This document shows, in pieces, positions 19,041 through 28,846 of a stretch of DNA of 64,000 bases. The notes under the pieces are model-generated. The model was not told the DNA's origin, did not search any database, and saw only the letters and a program-made list of their open reading frames with translations. The DNA is from a virus, in IMG/VR virus record IMGVR_UViG_3300031857_000135, positions 2,747 through 66,746 of that record; one strand, written 5' to 3'. A program made the position numbers and the translations under genes. Position 1 is the stretch's first letter. Each line of letters begins with the position of its first letter.

Positions 19041-20754
19041 CGACCCCCTTTCCGGTCCCTGGGACTACACTCCCCCCAGAGGAGATGCTGTTCGTGTTAC
19101 GGAGGAGGATTTACGAAATGCACAAATTCCATTAACTCCTTCTCAATTTATTGAAACGACGATGATGATGCCGAACCCCCATACTCGGCAGCTGGAAAAC
19201 TTCTCTTTTGCGGAAAGAAACTACCTAAGAGATATCTACGATATACGAGCACCTCGAGTTCTTTTAATGTGTGGAAGACAGGTTGAAAAAAGTACTACAT
19301 TAGGAAATAAGACACTCTCCTATGCCTGCTTGATTCCACACTTCCGTATTCTGTACGTTTCTCCTTCCAGTCAGCAGACCAAGGAGTTTTCTAAGACTCG
19401 CCTCAAGGAGCCTCTTGAGACCTGTCCAGATTTAAAAACTTGGTTTCCACAGCACTTAACTGATAACGTGTTTGAAAAGAAGGCCATTAATCGAAGTGAA
19501 ATCAAACTTCGGTATGCTTTCTTAAATGCTGACAGATGCCGTGGGTTGTCAGCAGATCTTATCTGTATGGATGAGTTCCAAGATCTTCTGTTAGATAACA
19601 TCCCTGTTATTGAAGAGGCGGCCTCTCATAGTCCTTTTAAGTGGTTTATTTACAGTGGAACTCCAAAGAGCCTTGACAACCCCATTCAGGTCTACTGGGA
19701 TGCGTACTCAACTCAAAATGAGTGGGCGGTTCCTTGTGACCGGCACGGTCTCCCCAATAATCCAGGATCGTGGCACTGGAACATACTCGGAGAAAAGAAC
19801 ATCGGAATTAAAGGGCTATCCTGCGACAAGTGTGGAGAGCTGATTAAGCCTGATCACCCACTGGCTCAGTGGGTTCGAACTGGAAATCCAAATCCGAAGT
19901 TCGATACCTTTGAAGGCTTTCGGATTCCGCAGCTGATGGTTCCTTGGCTCGAGTGGAGCAACATCCTTACCAAGTACAACCAGTACCCTCGAGCCAAGTT
20001 CTACAACGAGGTTTTAGGTGCCAGTTTTGACTCTGGCCAAAGACCTCTTACGCAGAGCGATGTACTCGCGAACTGCGATTCTGAGTTCTCTTTTAAAGCA
20101 GATAAGCTAAAAGAAGTATTTCCTAAACTGAGAGGAAAGCAGGTATACGCCGGTATTGACTGGGGACAGGATTCAAATAACTCGTACACAATTCTCATGA
20201 TTGGGGCTTACATAGATGGTTTCTTCAAGATCATCTTTGCCCACAGATTCTCTGGCGCAGAAGCAGAACCTAAAGAACAGATTACCAAGATTAAGAAGCT
20301 ACTGGCAGCGTTCGAAGTCACTCGCGTAGGTGTGGACTACGGTGGTGGGTATTGGCCGAACGACGAACTTCTACGGCTATACGGTAGCCAGAAGATCGTG
20401 CGGTATCAGTATTCTACGCCTCAAACTTTGATGAAGTTTGATGCCGCGAAGGGACGCTTTCTCATTCATCGATCTGAGGTAATGAGCGCGGTATTTAATG
20501 CGATCAAGCGCAGAACTGTTTTCAGATTTCCGAAGTGGTCGGAATTTGGAAACCCATTCGGCTCTGACATGTTATCCATCTTCTCCGAGTACAATGAGCG
20601 TACTCGGATGACGGAATATAAAAAGTCTCCTAATACCACAGATGACAGTTTTCACGCACTACTACTTTGTTTTATCGTTTCAATGATCGATAATCCGCGC
20701 CCAGATATTATTGTTCCAAGTGCTAAAATTGATCGCGAACTGGACGTAGACTGA
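19030..20754 (+). CDS. Terminase large subunit (GpA-like)
   Basis: Walker A-like GRQVEKST, Walker B ICMDEFQD, SGTP motif, nuclease AGIDWG and DDSFHA. Confidence 0.88.
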   Translation: MSFSDPLSGPWDYTPPRGDAVRVTEEDLRNAQIPLTPSQFIETTMMMPNPHTRQLENFSFAERNYLRDIYDIRAPRVLLMCGRQVEKSTTLGNKTLSYACLIPHFRILYVSPSSQQTKEFSKTRLKEPLETCPDLKTWFPQHLTDNVFEKKAINRSEIKLRYAFLNADRCRGLSADLICMDEFQDLLLDNIPVIEEAASHSPFKWFIYSGTPKSLDNPIQVYWDAYSTQNEWAVPCDRHGLPNNPGSWHWNILGEKNIGIKGLSCDKCGELIKPDHPLAQWVRTGNPNPKFDTFEGFRIPQLMVPWLEWSNILTKYNQYPRAKFYNEVLGASFDSGQRPLTQSDVLANCDSEFSFKADKLKEVFPKLRGKQVYAGIDWGQDSNNSYTILMIGAYIDGFFKIIFAHRFSGAEAEPKEQITKIKKLLAAFEVTRVGVDYGGGYWPNDELLRLYGSQKIVRYQYSTPQTLMKFDAAKGRFLIHRSEVMSAVFNAIKRRTVFRFPKWSEFGNPFGSDMLSIFSEYNERTRMTEYKKSPNTTDDSFHALLLCFIVSMIDNPRPDIIVPSAKIDRELDVD

Positions 20755-20780
20755 CGCCCCCATTACTGGGGGCGTCAGTC
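20749..20780. terminator. 14-bp hairpin between convergent genes (probable bidirectional terminator)
   Basis: GACTGACGCCCCCA-TTAC-TGGGGGCGTCAGTC. Confidence 0.7.
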
Positions 20781-20790
20781 TTATCCGTAA

Positions 20791-21270
20791 TCAGCCAGTC
20801 TTACGAACTTTTCGCTGTTCGGCGCTGGCCACCATCTCCTCAACGTGGTTGAGGAGTTCCATTTGGACCTCGGGGTCCGCATCCAGCATCTTCTGCCGGA
20901 GGATCAGGGCCTCCTGTTCATCATCGATGAACAGGTTGTCCGCGATCAGGGTCCCGACGAACCCGACCGCAACCGCGCCCCCGACCGCGACCGGCATATT
21001 GTTGTTGATAAGCTCGACGCCGCCGTAGTGGCCGGCGGCCCAGGTGCCGGCGCCAACACCAGCACCAACACCAAGGCGCTTGCCATTGCGCCCGAGGCCT
21101 ACGGTCTCCTCTAAGAAGTAGGAGGTTTTGGTGTAAGCGTTCATCTCGTTCTTGCTCTTGCTCATTGCGTTCTCCGTGTCCATACAGGTTGCATCTTTCT
21201 GCTGGCTCATATTCTCCGCCGGTACGTCAACCGGCGGACTGACCCTACGCGGGGGCTTTCTTTTTGTCAT
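20791..21270 (-). CDS. Hypothetical membrane protein with Gly-rich helices
   Basis: LGVGAGVGAGTWAAG and VAVGGAVAVGFVG segments; GGGAGG RBS. Confidence 0.65.
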   Translation of the reverse strand: MTKRKPPRRVSPPVDVPAENMSQQKDATCMDTENAMSKSKNEMNAYTKTSYFLEETVGLGRNGKRLGVGAGVGAGTWAAGHYGGVELINNNMPVAVGGAVAVGFVGTLIADNLFIDDEQEALILRQKMLDADPEVQMELLNHVEEMVASAEQRKVRKTG

Positions 21271-21293
21271 CTAACTGCCTCCCAGCAATTCAG

Positions 21294-21320
21294 TTATGAC
21301 TATTTTTATGTATTTTTTAT
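21294..21320 (-). promoter_or_regulatory. Putative phage promoter (A-rich...GTCATAA)
   Basis: Motif 30 nt upstream of ATG 21270. Confidence 0.5.
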
Positions 21321-21977
21321 ACGGTCTCTAATACCATCTAAGATCGTGTGTCCATCCCTGAGTTCCGGGGGCAGTACTCCTCGAGCCTCGAGATAGATGA
21401 AGCACGAAATTCTGAACCTTCGACGGGAATCAGCAAGGATACGGTGTGTCTGTTGAGTCTCAAGGGAAGTCTTGTAATCATCACGTGCAACCACATCAGA
21501 CACCATTCGTGAGCTCAGTCGAAGTAGTATCTTCCAAGAGTCTGAATTATTCGCTCTACAGAAGGTCTCCAGATCAGTCTCATCCATTCGGCCAAAGATC
21601 ATCGACCAGTTCTCAAAGTCAGCGAGGGCGGTATCAGCAGCCGCTCGCTCGAGCTGCTTGTGCGCGGCATCCAGGAGACCCTTCGCGTATTCTGCCGTCA
21701 TTCCAAGAGTTTCATTCTGCATGTCTAGAACACGCATCACGACAGACATCTGTGACTCAAGTCTACGAACCTGCGCGCGAATTTGGCGAATCTCTGTATG
21801 TGAGACCCGAGGAAGTGCTCCCTCCTTCAGAAGCTCCTGTACCTCTTCCGGGTCTAATAGTGGTGTTCGAGAAAGCTTCTGACTTGTAAGTTGCCCATCC
21901 TTGATATACTTTCGGATCGACCGCTCGGTTTTGCCGAGTACGCGCGCAGCTTCCGTGACTGTCATTGTGTAGCGCAA
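21306..21977 (-). CDS. Helix-turn-helix (excisionase/MerR-like) DNA-binding protein with coiled coil
   Basis: MTVTEAARVLGKTERSIRKYIKDGQL N-terminus. Confidence 0.75.
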   Translation of the reverse strand: MRYTMTVTEAARVLGKTERSIRKYIKDGQLTSQKLSRTPLLDPEEVQELLKEGALPRVSHTEIRQIRAQVRRLESQMSVVMRVLDMQNETLGMTAEYAKGLLDAAHKQLERAAADTALADFENWSMIFGRMDETDLETFCRANNSDSWKILLRLSSRMVSDVVARDDYKTSLETQQTHRILADSRRRFRISCFIYLEARGVLPPELRDGHTILDGIRDRIKNT

Positions 21978-21987
21978 GGATCACCTC

Positions 21988-23049
21988 ATGTTTGGTGGGT
22001 CTATAACGAAGGAATATCTTCAGCAGATGGCACAAGCAGCCACTACTGATTTTCTTTCTAACGGGACGCCACTCACCGAGGCCGTTGTTAAGCAGGCCAG
22101 TGCTTGTGGGGCTAATCTCACTGCGGAGCACGTCCGTCGCATCTGCGAGATGACCTATCACGACGCCTACGAGCGGATGCACAAGCAAGCATCCAGTGCC
22201 GATCGGTACATCGTGTTTGATCCTCCAGATGCAGCTATTGCTGCGGAAGTTCTACAAGCTGAAAAGGTCGCTGCGGCCCCTAAGCGCACATCTTCTTTCG
22301 CTGGTGGGATTATGACAGAAAAGCACGCGTCTGCCGAAGTCCGAGCGCCTAAGTTTCGGCCAGCAAATGCGTTTGATCAGCTTGTAAAGCAAGCGTCGAA
22401 CGACCACCTGTCTGAGTTCCAGGATGCGCAATCTCTGAGACGCCTGAAAAGCGTGCATGATGGAGTGAAGGAGGCTGCTACAGCTATCAAGGCTGATATC
22501 GAATCTCTGAATGGTGCTATCTTTACTACGCGACAGGAACTATCGAAAATCGCGTATGCCGAGTGTAAGAACGGTATTGCAGTCGAAGATGTCTTACACG
22601 CGTGTTTTTCTGGAACCGACTGGAATCAGACGACAGAGGCCACTGCCTCAAAGATTGCCTCTGATCTTAGTGAGTTCCTGCTGAGAAAAGAGCAAAGAAC
22701 GGCTGGCCTTCATCTCCAGAAAACAGCTTCGTTCGGGGATCTGAATCCTGACCATCCTCTTCCTGCGACCTTCTCGAAGCTGGCAGCTCTCGAAGAGAAA
22801 CACATTCATCTCGAGATCGCGCTGGGTCAAATGAATGCAGATGCAGAGCGGGTTGGGCAGGTTCTCCGAGAGATTCTATTCTCCGAAAAGACTGCCGGTG
22901 CCGGTTCTACTATGCGATCAGCGGGTCGTATGATTAAGGATGTCTCGAAGAAATACCCCAAAGCCGCCATTGCTTTAGGTGCTGGAACAGCTCTCGGACT
23001 GGGGCTTACGGCTGCAAACAAACTCAAGAATCGTGGAGAGTCCCAATGA
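21988..23049 (+). CDS. Head-associated (core/scaffold-like) protein with at least 11 KxA sites
   Basis: KQAS x3, KVAA, KHAS, KEAA, KIAY, KIAS, KTAS, KLAA, KTAG; C-terminal Gly-rich hydrophobic helix. Confidence 0.75.
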   Translation: MFGGSITKEYLQQMAQAATTDFLSNGTPLTEAVVKQASACGANLTAEHVRRICEMTYHDAYERMHKQASSADRYIVFDPPDAAIAAEVLQAEKVAAAPKRTSSFAGGIMTEKHASAEVRAPKFRPANAFDQLVKQASNDHLSEFQDAQSLRRLKSVHDGVKEAATAIKADIESLNGAIFTTRQELSKIAYAECKNGIAVEDVLHACFSGTDWNQTTEATASKIASDLSEFLLRKEQRTAGLHLQKTASFGDLNPDHPLPATFSKLAALEEKHIHLEIALGQMNADAERVGQVLREILFSEKTAGAGSTMRSAGRMIKDVSKKYPKAAIALGAGTALGLGLTAANKLKNRGESQ

Positions 23050-23597
23050 AGGTCCAGGTTCCTGCAGAGGCATATACTGCATTTGCTCGTGGCGAGATCT
23101 CTGAGTCCGAACTACTCGATCTTGAGAAACTTGCGTCGGATCTAAACAAGCAGGCGGGAATCAGCATCACTCCTGGGACAGCAGCAGGATTAGCCGGACT
23201 AACAGTTGCGGCCCCGATGCTCGCATACGCAGGTGCACAGATTCCTCAAACTATTGAAGGCGGGCTTCAGGCAATTACCTTCAATCGGGACTTGCGCAGA
23301 GTTGTCCAAGTAAATCCGCAATTGGGTAATCCTAGTGATCCCAATCTTCGTATGGCCTTTAAGACACTAAGAACTACAAATCCCGAATATGCCGCAGACC
23401 CACTGATTGCAGGCACCATTCTGGACATGGTTATGACCAACCGTATGAATCCGGATGACCCGACTAGCGCTCCCAGATTTGATCCCGCGCTTCTTCAGTC
23501 GATTCAGGGTCGAAAGACCACCGCACGCGACGTTGCCACGGCAGAAGGCGCTAAGGCTTCTGTGGGCCCTGTGGCCAAGTCCCTCCTTGAGGGCTGA
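23046..23597 (+). CDS. Hypothetical head-associated protein
   Basis: EKLASDLNKQAG followed by a hydrophobic helix; coupled ORF. Confidence 0.7.
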   Translation: MKVQVPAEAYTAFARGEISESELLDLEKLASDLNKQAGISITPGTAAGLAGLTVAAPMLAYAGAQIPQTIEGGLQAITFNRDLRRVVQVNPQLGNPSDPNLRMAFKTLRTTNPEYAADPLIAGTILDMVMTNRMNPDDPTSAPRFDPALLQSIQGRKTTARDVATAEGAKASVGPVAKSLLEG

Positions 23598-25492
23598 TGG
23601 AAAAGTACTCGCTGTTTTCTGGTAGGGCAGACTCCGGAGCTCCACTCATTCATCGAGTGGAGCCCGGATCTTCCTATGGTCTTGGTGAGACCGAAGGTCT
23701 TTCCAAGACAGCATCGGGGGAGCATCTTCCAGAAGTAATTGAACTTATTGAGTCAATCAGTGCACAGCCTGGTCGGTTGTATCTTGTAAATTCGGCTTTG
23801 GGTGCAGGTGAATACGTAGGATTCAATCTGCGAGGGGACTGGTTTACAGAAGCAGGACTACGCCGCACTCCTCGTGGATTTGAACAAATTCCTGTATGGG
23901 ATATCGATGCTCGGAGAAGGGCTGCCAACGATACGGAAGCTCTGCCCCGATGGGGCTCTCTTACCTGGGGATATCCTACTTTCTACAATGCGCACAGATT
24001 TAGACATCATATAAATAAAGATCCAAATAAGGCGTATGGATTTATTCTAGGAGCTTTCTGGGATGACCGCATGAAGCGAGTCATCTTGGTTTCTGAGCTC
24101 ATCAAGGAGATGTGCGCTAAGCAGGGCGCTCTGGATCTCTATACTCGTATTGAGAATGGAGAATTTCCTGATTCTTCAATGGGCTCAAAGGTTCCGTATG
24201 ACAGATGCTCTATATGTGATTTTCATGCCAGGACTCCTATGGAGTATTGCAAGCACGTCCAGCGCGGAGCCCCGCCTCCATATGGCATGAAAGCCATGCT
24301 CCCAGATGGGCGGGTTTGCGGCGTGTACAACGACTATCCGAGGTTCTTTGACGATTCCTTCGTATTTGTCGGTGCAGAAAGATCTGCAAAGGTAATGTCG
24401 AACGTTACTTCTATGATTTCTGGACAGAACGCATACAATCAGAATATCTATCCTTTTAATCCAGTTTCTATGAAGATCGCTTCTGCTCCTGAACAGAAGC
24501 CCGTGAAAACACAGATTCCTGATGTAGTTGTAGAAGAGCGTCTTACGCGAGTTTTAGGTATGATTCCCACTTCGAGTGGGCTTGAGCGCGAAGCTCTTCG
24601 CTTCTTCATGCAGGAGCGTATGGCAGAGGAGCGCTTGCTTACGGGATCACTATCTGCGACAGAGCTCGAGATGTGGAGAGACATCTCCACAAGAACATTT
24701 CAGAAAAAATATGGAGTAGAGCCTAAACAAATCTCGCATCTAAAGCAGCTATTTAACGACCGAGCCAATGAGGCTTTAGGAGTTAAAACCGCCTCATTCT
24801 CCAAGGTAGCAGAGATGCTGAAGAGGATCCCGGCACCGTCAGCATCTCAGATGAGCTTAGTTCGCAAGGAAGAGATGTGTCTTCCTGAAATTCCAAAAGA
24901 TATTCTCGATCGAATGGCAGAAAATCCTGGACCTAATCTCCGAGCTGCTGCGAGACTTGGCATCGTACTACGCCCGCGCGAGTTTCAGAGAGTTCTTCTA
25001 ATACGTAAAGATCCAGATCTCGCAAATTCACTTTACGATTCAAACCAGGTGTTCGCTCCAAGTTCCATTCGTATGTCATCCTCACCGTTCGATGCCTCCT
25101 CGTATGTTCCTCAAGAGGCCATGGAGTCGATGATCTCCCTGTTGGCACCTCTTCTCGAGAAAAGATCCTTTGCCCCGTCAGCGATTCGTATTCGAATGAT
25201 TAAAGAAGGATCTGCAACACCAGTTCCTTCTCCCACACATATAGGGGGTTTGGAGGAGCTTTCAGATCTTTACAATGCGTATAGACTGGGTATCATCGAT
25301 CGTAAACCAGATCTCTCCACGGTATCTATGCCCTCAGTATTCTCTACACGCATAGAAGACGACGCAAAACTTGCGGATGACTCTTCGGCTCTATCAAATA
25401 TCCTTCTTCATGTTGCCTACTGGCCCGGTCTTACATTAGGATTGGGACAGCAGGCTGAGGGATCAGATCCCGAAGACGCCCTTCAACCCTAA
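23597..25492 (+). CDS. Prohead (capsid maturation) protease with Zn-binding insertion and C-terminal extension
   Basis: NLRGDWF, HRFRHH, SSMGSKV..DRCSIC...YCKH, FFDDSFV..GA; fits an HK97/herpes-type serine protease pattern; upstream of scaffold and capsid genes. Confidence 0.65.
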   Translation: MEKYSLFSGRADSGAPLIHRVEPGSSYGLGETEGLSKTASGEHLPEVIELIESISAQPGRLYLVNSALGAGEYVGFNLRGDWFTEAGLRRTPRGFEQIPVWDIDARRRAANDTEALPRWGSLTWGYPTFYNAHRFRHHINKDPNKAYGFILGAFWDDRMKRVILVSELIKEMCAKQGALDLYTRIENGEFPDSSMGSKVPYDRCSICDFHARTPMEYCKHVQRGAPPPYGMKAMLPDGRVCGVYNDYPRFFDDSFVFVGAERSAKVMSNVTSMISGQNAYNQNIYPFNPVSMKIASAPEQKPVKTQIPDVVVEERLTRVLGMIPTSSGLEREALRFFMQERMAEERLLTGSLSATELEMWRDISTRTFQKKYGVEPKQISHLKQLFNDRANEALGVKTASFSKVAEMLKRIPAPSASQMSLVRKEEMCLPEIPKDILDRMAENPGPNLRAAARLGIVLRPREFQRVLLIRKDPDLANSLYDSNQVFAPSSIRMSSSPFDASSYVPQEAMESMISLLAPLLEKRSFAPSAIRIRMIKEGSATPVPSPTHIGGLEELSDLYNAYRLGIIDRKPDLSTVSMPSVFSTRIEDDAKLADDSSALSNILLHVAYWPGLTLGLGQQAEGSDPEDALQP

Positions 25493-25510
25493 ACTCAAGT
25501 GAGAACACAA

Positions 25511-26851
25511 ATGTCACTGCTATCGGAGCTTGAAGCACGGGGCGTCACCGCCGAAGATTTAGAAAAGGCTGCCGCAGTTCGTTTGTTCGAAAAGGCTGCT
25601 GCAGCTGAGGGTGTCGATCTCAACGATCTGGACGAGAGCCGGGTCGAAGAACTGTTCAACCACTTCGTTTCCACTTCCACCGAGAAAGAGGCTTCCGCCA
25701 TGAATGACAAGATTGTAGAGCTCTTCGAGAAGACCGCTTCTGCTGAGGGTATCGACCTGGACGATATGAGCGACGAGGATCTTGCTGCTCTTTACAACCA
25801 TTACATCGAGAACGTTCTTCCTGAGCAGATTGCGGCTGAGGAGGAGCTAGAGAAGGATGCCTCCGACGAGGAGGCCGTTTTTGAGCTCTTCGAGAAGACC
25901 GCTTCTGCCGAGGGCATCGATCTCGATGATATGAGCGACGAGGATCTTGTTGCGCTGTTTAGTGACTATGTAGAGAACGTGCTCCCCCTCCAGCTCGAGG
26001 ACGCGGACAGCATTGAGGACCTGGATAAGGTTGCTGATGCCGACGAGAAGTTGGCTGAAGCCGAGATTCTTGGTCGGCATATGGCTCGCGCCTATGTTGA
26101 TGAAGTAGAGAAGGTCGGTGCCGCGAAAAAGGAGGGCCCATCTCTTCGTGATCGGGCTCAGAGATTTGGCCGCAGCTATATGTCCGCGCTGAAGGGCGAG
26201 GAGTTCCGCGAGGGCAGAAAGACCTACGGCGGTAGGATGGCCCGAGCTGAGCGGCGTCTGGGGCTCGACAAGAGAATGGGCCGTGCGTCCGCCAGCAACG
26301 TCGGAAAATCAAAGATGCTCCGCGGCGGCCTAAAGACCGTGGGCGCGTACGCTATTCCGGCTGCAGTAGTAGCCGGTGGTACGGCTGCTGCGATGCGTAA
26401 GGAAGGAAGTTTCACTGAGGAGGAGGCAGAGGCTCTGCTGCTCATCGACGCTGAGTTTGGTGAGGATGTCGCCGAGGATGTTGCTGAGAAGGTTGCTGCT
26501 GCCAGCCTGAAGAAGCGCGTGCTTTCTCGTGTTTCCAGTGCGCGAGAGAGATTAGCAGACCTCACCTACAAGAAGAAGAAGGGTCTCGCCCGGGCCGGTG
26601 AGCTTCTGAGCGGCAGTCGCCTTGCCCGCATGCGGAAGTACACAGGTCAGAAGAAGGGCGTACTTGCTGCCGCTCGCGGTAGAGGCCCTGACAACCGCGA
26701 GGCGCGTAGAGTGCTTGCAGCGAGAGGTGCTGCTGGTGGTGCAGCCGCACTGGCAGCCGGCGGCGGCGCGTACGCCATGCACAAGAAGGGCTCCGGTGAC
26801 GTTGAGGATCTTGCCATCGAGATGCTTGACTTCGCTGGATACGACGTCTGA
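25511..26851 (+). CDS. Acidic repeat scaffold-like protein with two basic Gly-zipper cargo modules
   Basis: Three LFEK(T/A)A(S/A)AEG(I/V)DL repeats; Arg/Lys-rich segments after EKVGA and EKVAA (ORF track start 25499). Confidence 0.75.
   Translation: MSLLSELEARGVTAEDLEKAAAVRLFEKAAAAEGVDLNDLDESRVEELFNHFVSTSTEKEASAMNDKIVELFEKTASAEGIDLDDMSDEDLAALYNHYIENVLPEQIAAEEELEKDASDEEAVFELFEKTASAEGIDLDDMSDEDLVALFSDYVENVLPLQLEDADSIEDLDKVADADEKLAEAEILGRHMARAYVDEVEKVGAAKKEGPSLRDRAQRFGRSYMSALKGEEFREGRKTYGGRMARAERRLGLDKRMGRASASNVGKSKMLRGGLKTVGAYAIPAAVVAGGTAAAMRKEGSFTEEEAEALLLIDAEFGEDVAEDVAEKVAAASLKKRVLSRVSSARERLADLTYKKKKGLARAGELLSGSRLARMRKYTGQKKGVLAAARGRGPDNREARRVLAARGAAGGAAALAAGGGAYAMHKKGSGDVEDLAIEMLDFAGYDV
25718..25949 (+). 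repeat. Intragenic direct repeat (~67 bp near-identical copies)
   Basis: GAGCTCTTCGAGAAGACCGCTTCTGC...GATATGAGCGACGAGGATCTTG at ~25718 and ~25883. Confidence 0.85.
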
Positions 26852-26857
26852 TGACAC

Positions 26858-26900
26858 ACACGGCGCCATCTTCTGTTCTTGCCGGGAGATGGCGCCGTGT
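26858..26900 (+). promoter_or_regulatory. 14-bp hairpin after the scaffold gene, covering part of the RBS and the GTG of the next gene
   Basis: ACACGGCGCCATCT...AGATGGCGCCGTGT. Confidence 0.6.
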
Positions 26901-27178
26901 TTGATCTCACTTGGATCTTTTTTGTCGATGAGCTGACAAAGATAGCATCTAATAGAGCATCGGATACTCTTCGTGTTCCGGGTACCGCAAATGGCACGCC
27001 CAGAGGACTAGCGAAGCCTGCCCTCGCAAGTGGACAAAATCTCGCAAAGTTTCAAGCAGCCGGACCCTCTAAAGCGCTGGTGACCGGCTCATCTCCGACA
27101 GCACACAATCCCACTTCCACACTCTCGGCAGGAACTACAGGTTTTGTAGGGATGCCGGCACCCCCTCCCGTCGAGTAG
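26897..27178 (+). CDS. Small putative head-internal protein with FFVDELTKIAS leader
   Basis: GTG start after GGGAG; leader shared with ORFs at 40270 and 50020-50583. Confidence 0.6.
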   Translation: MFDLTWIFFVDELTKIASNRASDTLRVPGTANGTPRGLAKPALASGQNLAKFQAAGPSKALVTGSSPTAHNPTSTLSAGTTGFVGMPAPPPVE

Positions 27179-27187
27179 AGGCATACG

Positions 27188-28846
27188 ATGAGCAACTACA
27201 GAAGCATGATCGACCAGGCCCTTGAGGCCGCTCGTGCTCGTGCTCACACTCCCGTTGAGACTGTAAAAGCCGCCTCTGCCGAAGATGCACTCATCAAGGA
27301 GGCAAACGATCTCGCAAACGCACTCGAGTTCGTTTCCCTTAGCGCTTCGGGCGGTGATAACGCTGCTGGGTTTCGACAGGAGATGATCCGCGACTTCTAC
27401 AAGAGCGCCACTAGTCCAGCACAGGGACCTACAGCCGCCTCTGGCGTACAGGGAATTGCTCCCGCTGCGGGTAAGAAAAAGCTCGCCCCTGTTGGACTGG
27501 TAGGAGGCAATAGCCCTGTGCAGGGATCTACTACTCCCGAGGCTCGCGACGGCCAGAAGACTCTCCTTGAGTCGTTTAAGCAGGGCAGTGGTCAGTCCCT
27601 CTACGACATGCTTATGAGCAATAAGACTGCTGGCGCAGGCGGTCCCGCAGAGCACGACTCAGAGACGATGGCCGGCGTCGGTACAGCGAATGAGAACTCA
27701 ACGTACCGCAAGACGCTTCATACAAACGAAGGTCCTGTCAACGCCAACCGCCGTGATCTAAAGAAGAATACGCGCGCTCGGCTTGCGGAGGTCTTTGGAC
27801 ACACCAACGATACCCTTGGGGATGCAACCGCAGCGCAAATCTTCCCACAGGCCGCATCTCGCGGAAACCTCAAGATTGCGTCCGCGTCACGCACGCGGAG
27901 GTTACTTCAGGTAAATAAAGAAGCAGGGATGGAGAAAGAGGCTATCCTAGGTGCTGTGCGTAATCTATTCCGAGGTGGCGCTAACGCAGCCGCCGGCGCA
28001 GCTCCCAAACTTAAGAACTTTAAGAAAGCCCCCAGTGCAGCCCCGAATACACCCCCTTATTATCGCCCAACTCCAGGCCCAACTCCAGGCCCAACTCCAG
28101 GCCCAACTCCCAAGTCGGGTAGGTATCAGAAATACCAAAAAGCTAGACAAGCTGCCGCTGCAGGTCCGTCATTTCGCGAGAGAATACGAAACTTTATTGG
28201 AACACCCGAAGAGGTTGCTAAAAAACGGCAAGCTATAACGGATGATATCGGACGCGTTCGCCAAGTGACCGACCTTGTTACCGACACATTGCCTAACGCG
28301 GTGAGAGGCATCGGTGACGCTGGACAGCGCTTCCTTAATTTCGTCAGAAGAACGCCGCAGCCCGCTGTACAAGAGGGCATGAGTGACACTACCAAGGCTC
28401 TTCTCGGAATTGGAGGAGCCACTGCTGCTGGTGGTCTCGGCTTGATGGCACTCAAGGGGATGTCAAGCGACGGCCGTGAGGCAACAGCGAGTGCGTTTCC
28501 GCTGACTCTCAGCCTTCTTGAAAAACGCGCTGACCAGCTCCACGCGGGTCTTGGTGGACTTGCGTTTGGCCCCCTCGGTGCCGGCGTAGGAGCGGATAAC
28601 GATAGAGGTTTTCGTGCTATGGGCGGCTCTCTGGTCGGTGGTACGGCTGGTGGCATGTTGGGAGCCTTACCCGGCCTGGCCCTAAATGCGCCAGGGGCAG
28701 CCTCTTTAGGCGGCGCTTTAGGTGGAATGCTCGGAAGCGGCCTTGGCGGATATATGGGTCACGGATCTATTTCTGACCGTGAGAAGCTTCTCGTACTAAA
28801 GCAAAAAGCAGAGCTTGAAGCTGCCCGCCAGCGGGGAGAAATCTGA
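27188..28846 (+). CDS. Multi-module head-associated polyprotein-like protein (KxA sites, PTPG repeat, Gly zippers)
   Basis: KAAS, KEAN, KSAT, KTAG, KIAS, KEAG, KEAI, KRAD; GGSLVGGTAGGMLG...GGALGGMLGSGLGG. Confidence 0.75.
   Translation: MSNYRSMIDQALEAARARAHTPVETVKAASAEDALIKEANDLANALEFVSLSASGGDNAAGFRQEMIRDFYKSATSPAQGPTAASGVQGIAPAAGKKKLAPVGLVGGNSPVQGSTTPEARDGQKTLLESFKQGSGQSLYDMLMSNKTAGAGGPAEHDSETMAGVGTANENSTYRKTLHTNEGPVNANRRDLKKNTRARLAEVFGHTNDTLGDATAAQIFPQAASRGNLKIASASRTRRLLQVNKEAGMEKEAILGAVRNLFRGGANAAAGAAPKLKNFKKAPSAAPNTPPYYRPTPGPTPGPTPGPTPKSGRYQKYQKARQAAAAGPSFRERIRNFIGTPEEVAKKRQAITDDIGRVRQVTDLVTDTLPNAVRGIGDAGQRFLNFVRRTPQPAVQEGMSDTTKALLGIGGATAAGGLGLMALKGMSSDGREATASAFPLTLSLLEKRADQLHAGLGGLAFGPLGAGVGADNDRGFRAMGGSLVGGTAGGMLGALPGLALNAPGAASLGGALGGMLGSGLGGYMGHGSISDREKLLVLKQKAELEAARQRGEI
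28067..28110 (+). repeat. 12-bp tandem repeat (CCAACTCCAGGC, three full copies plus a partial) encoding PTPG
   Basis: Read directly from the sequence. Confidence 0.9.
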
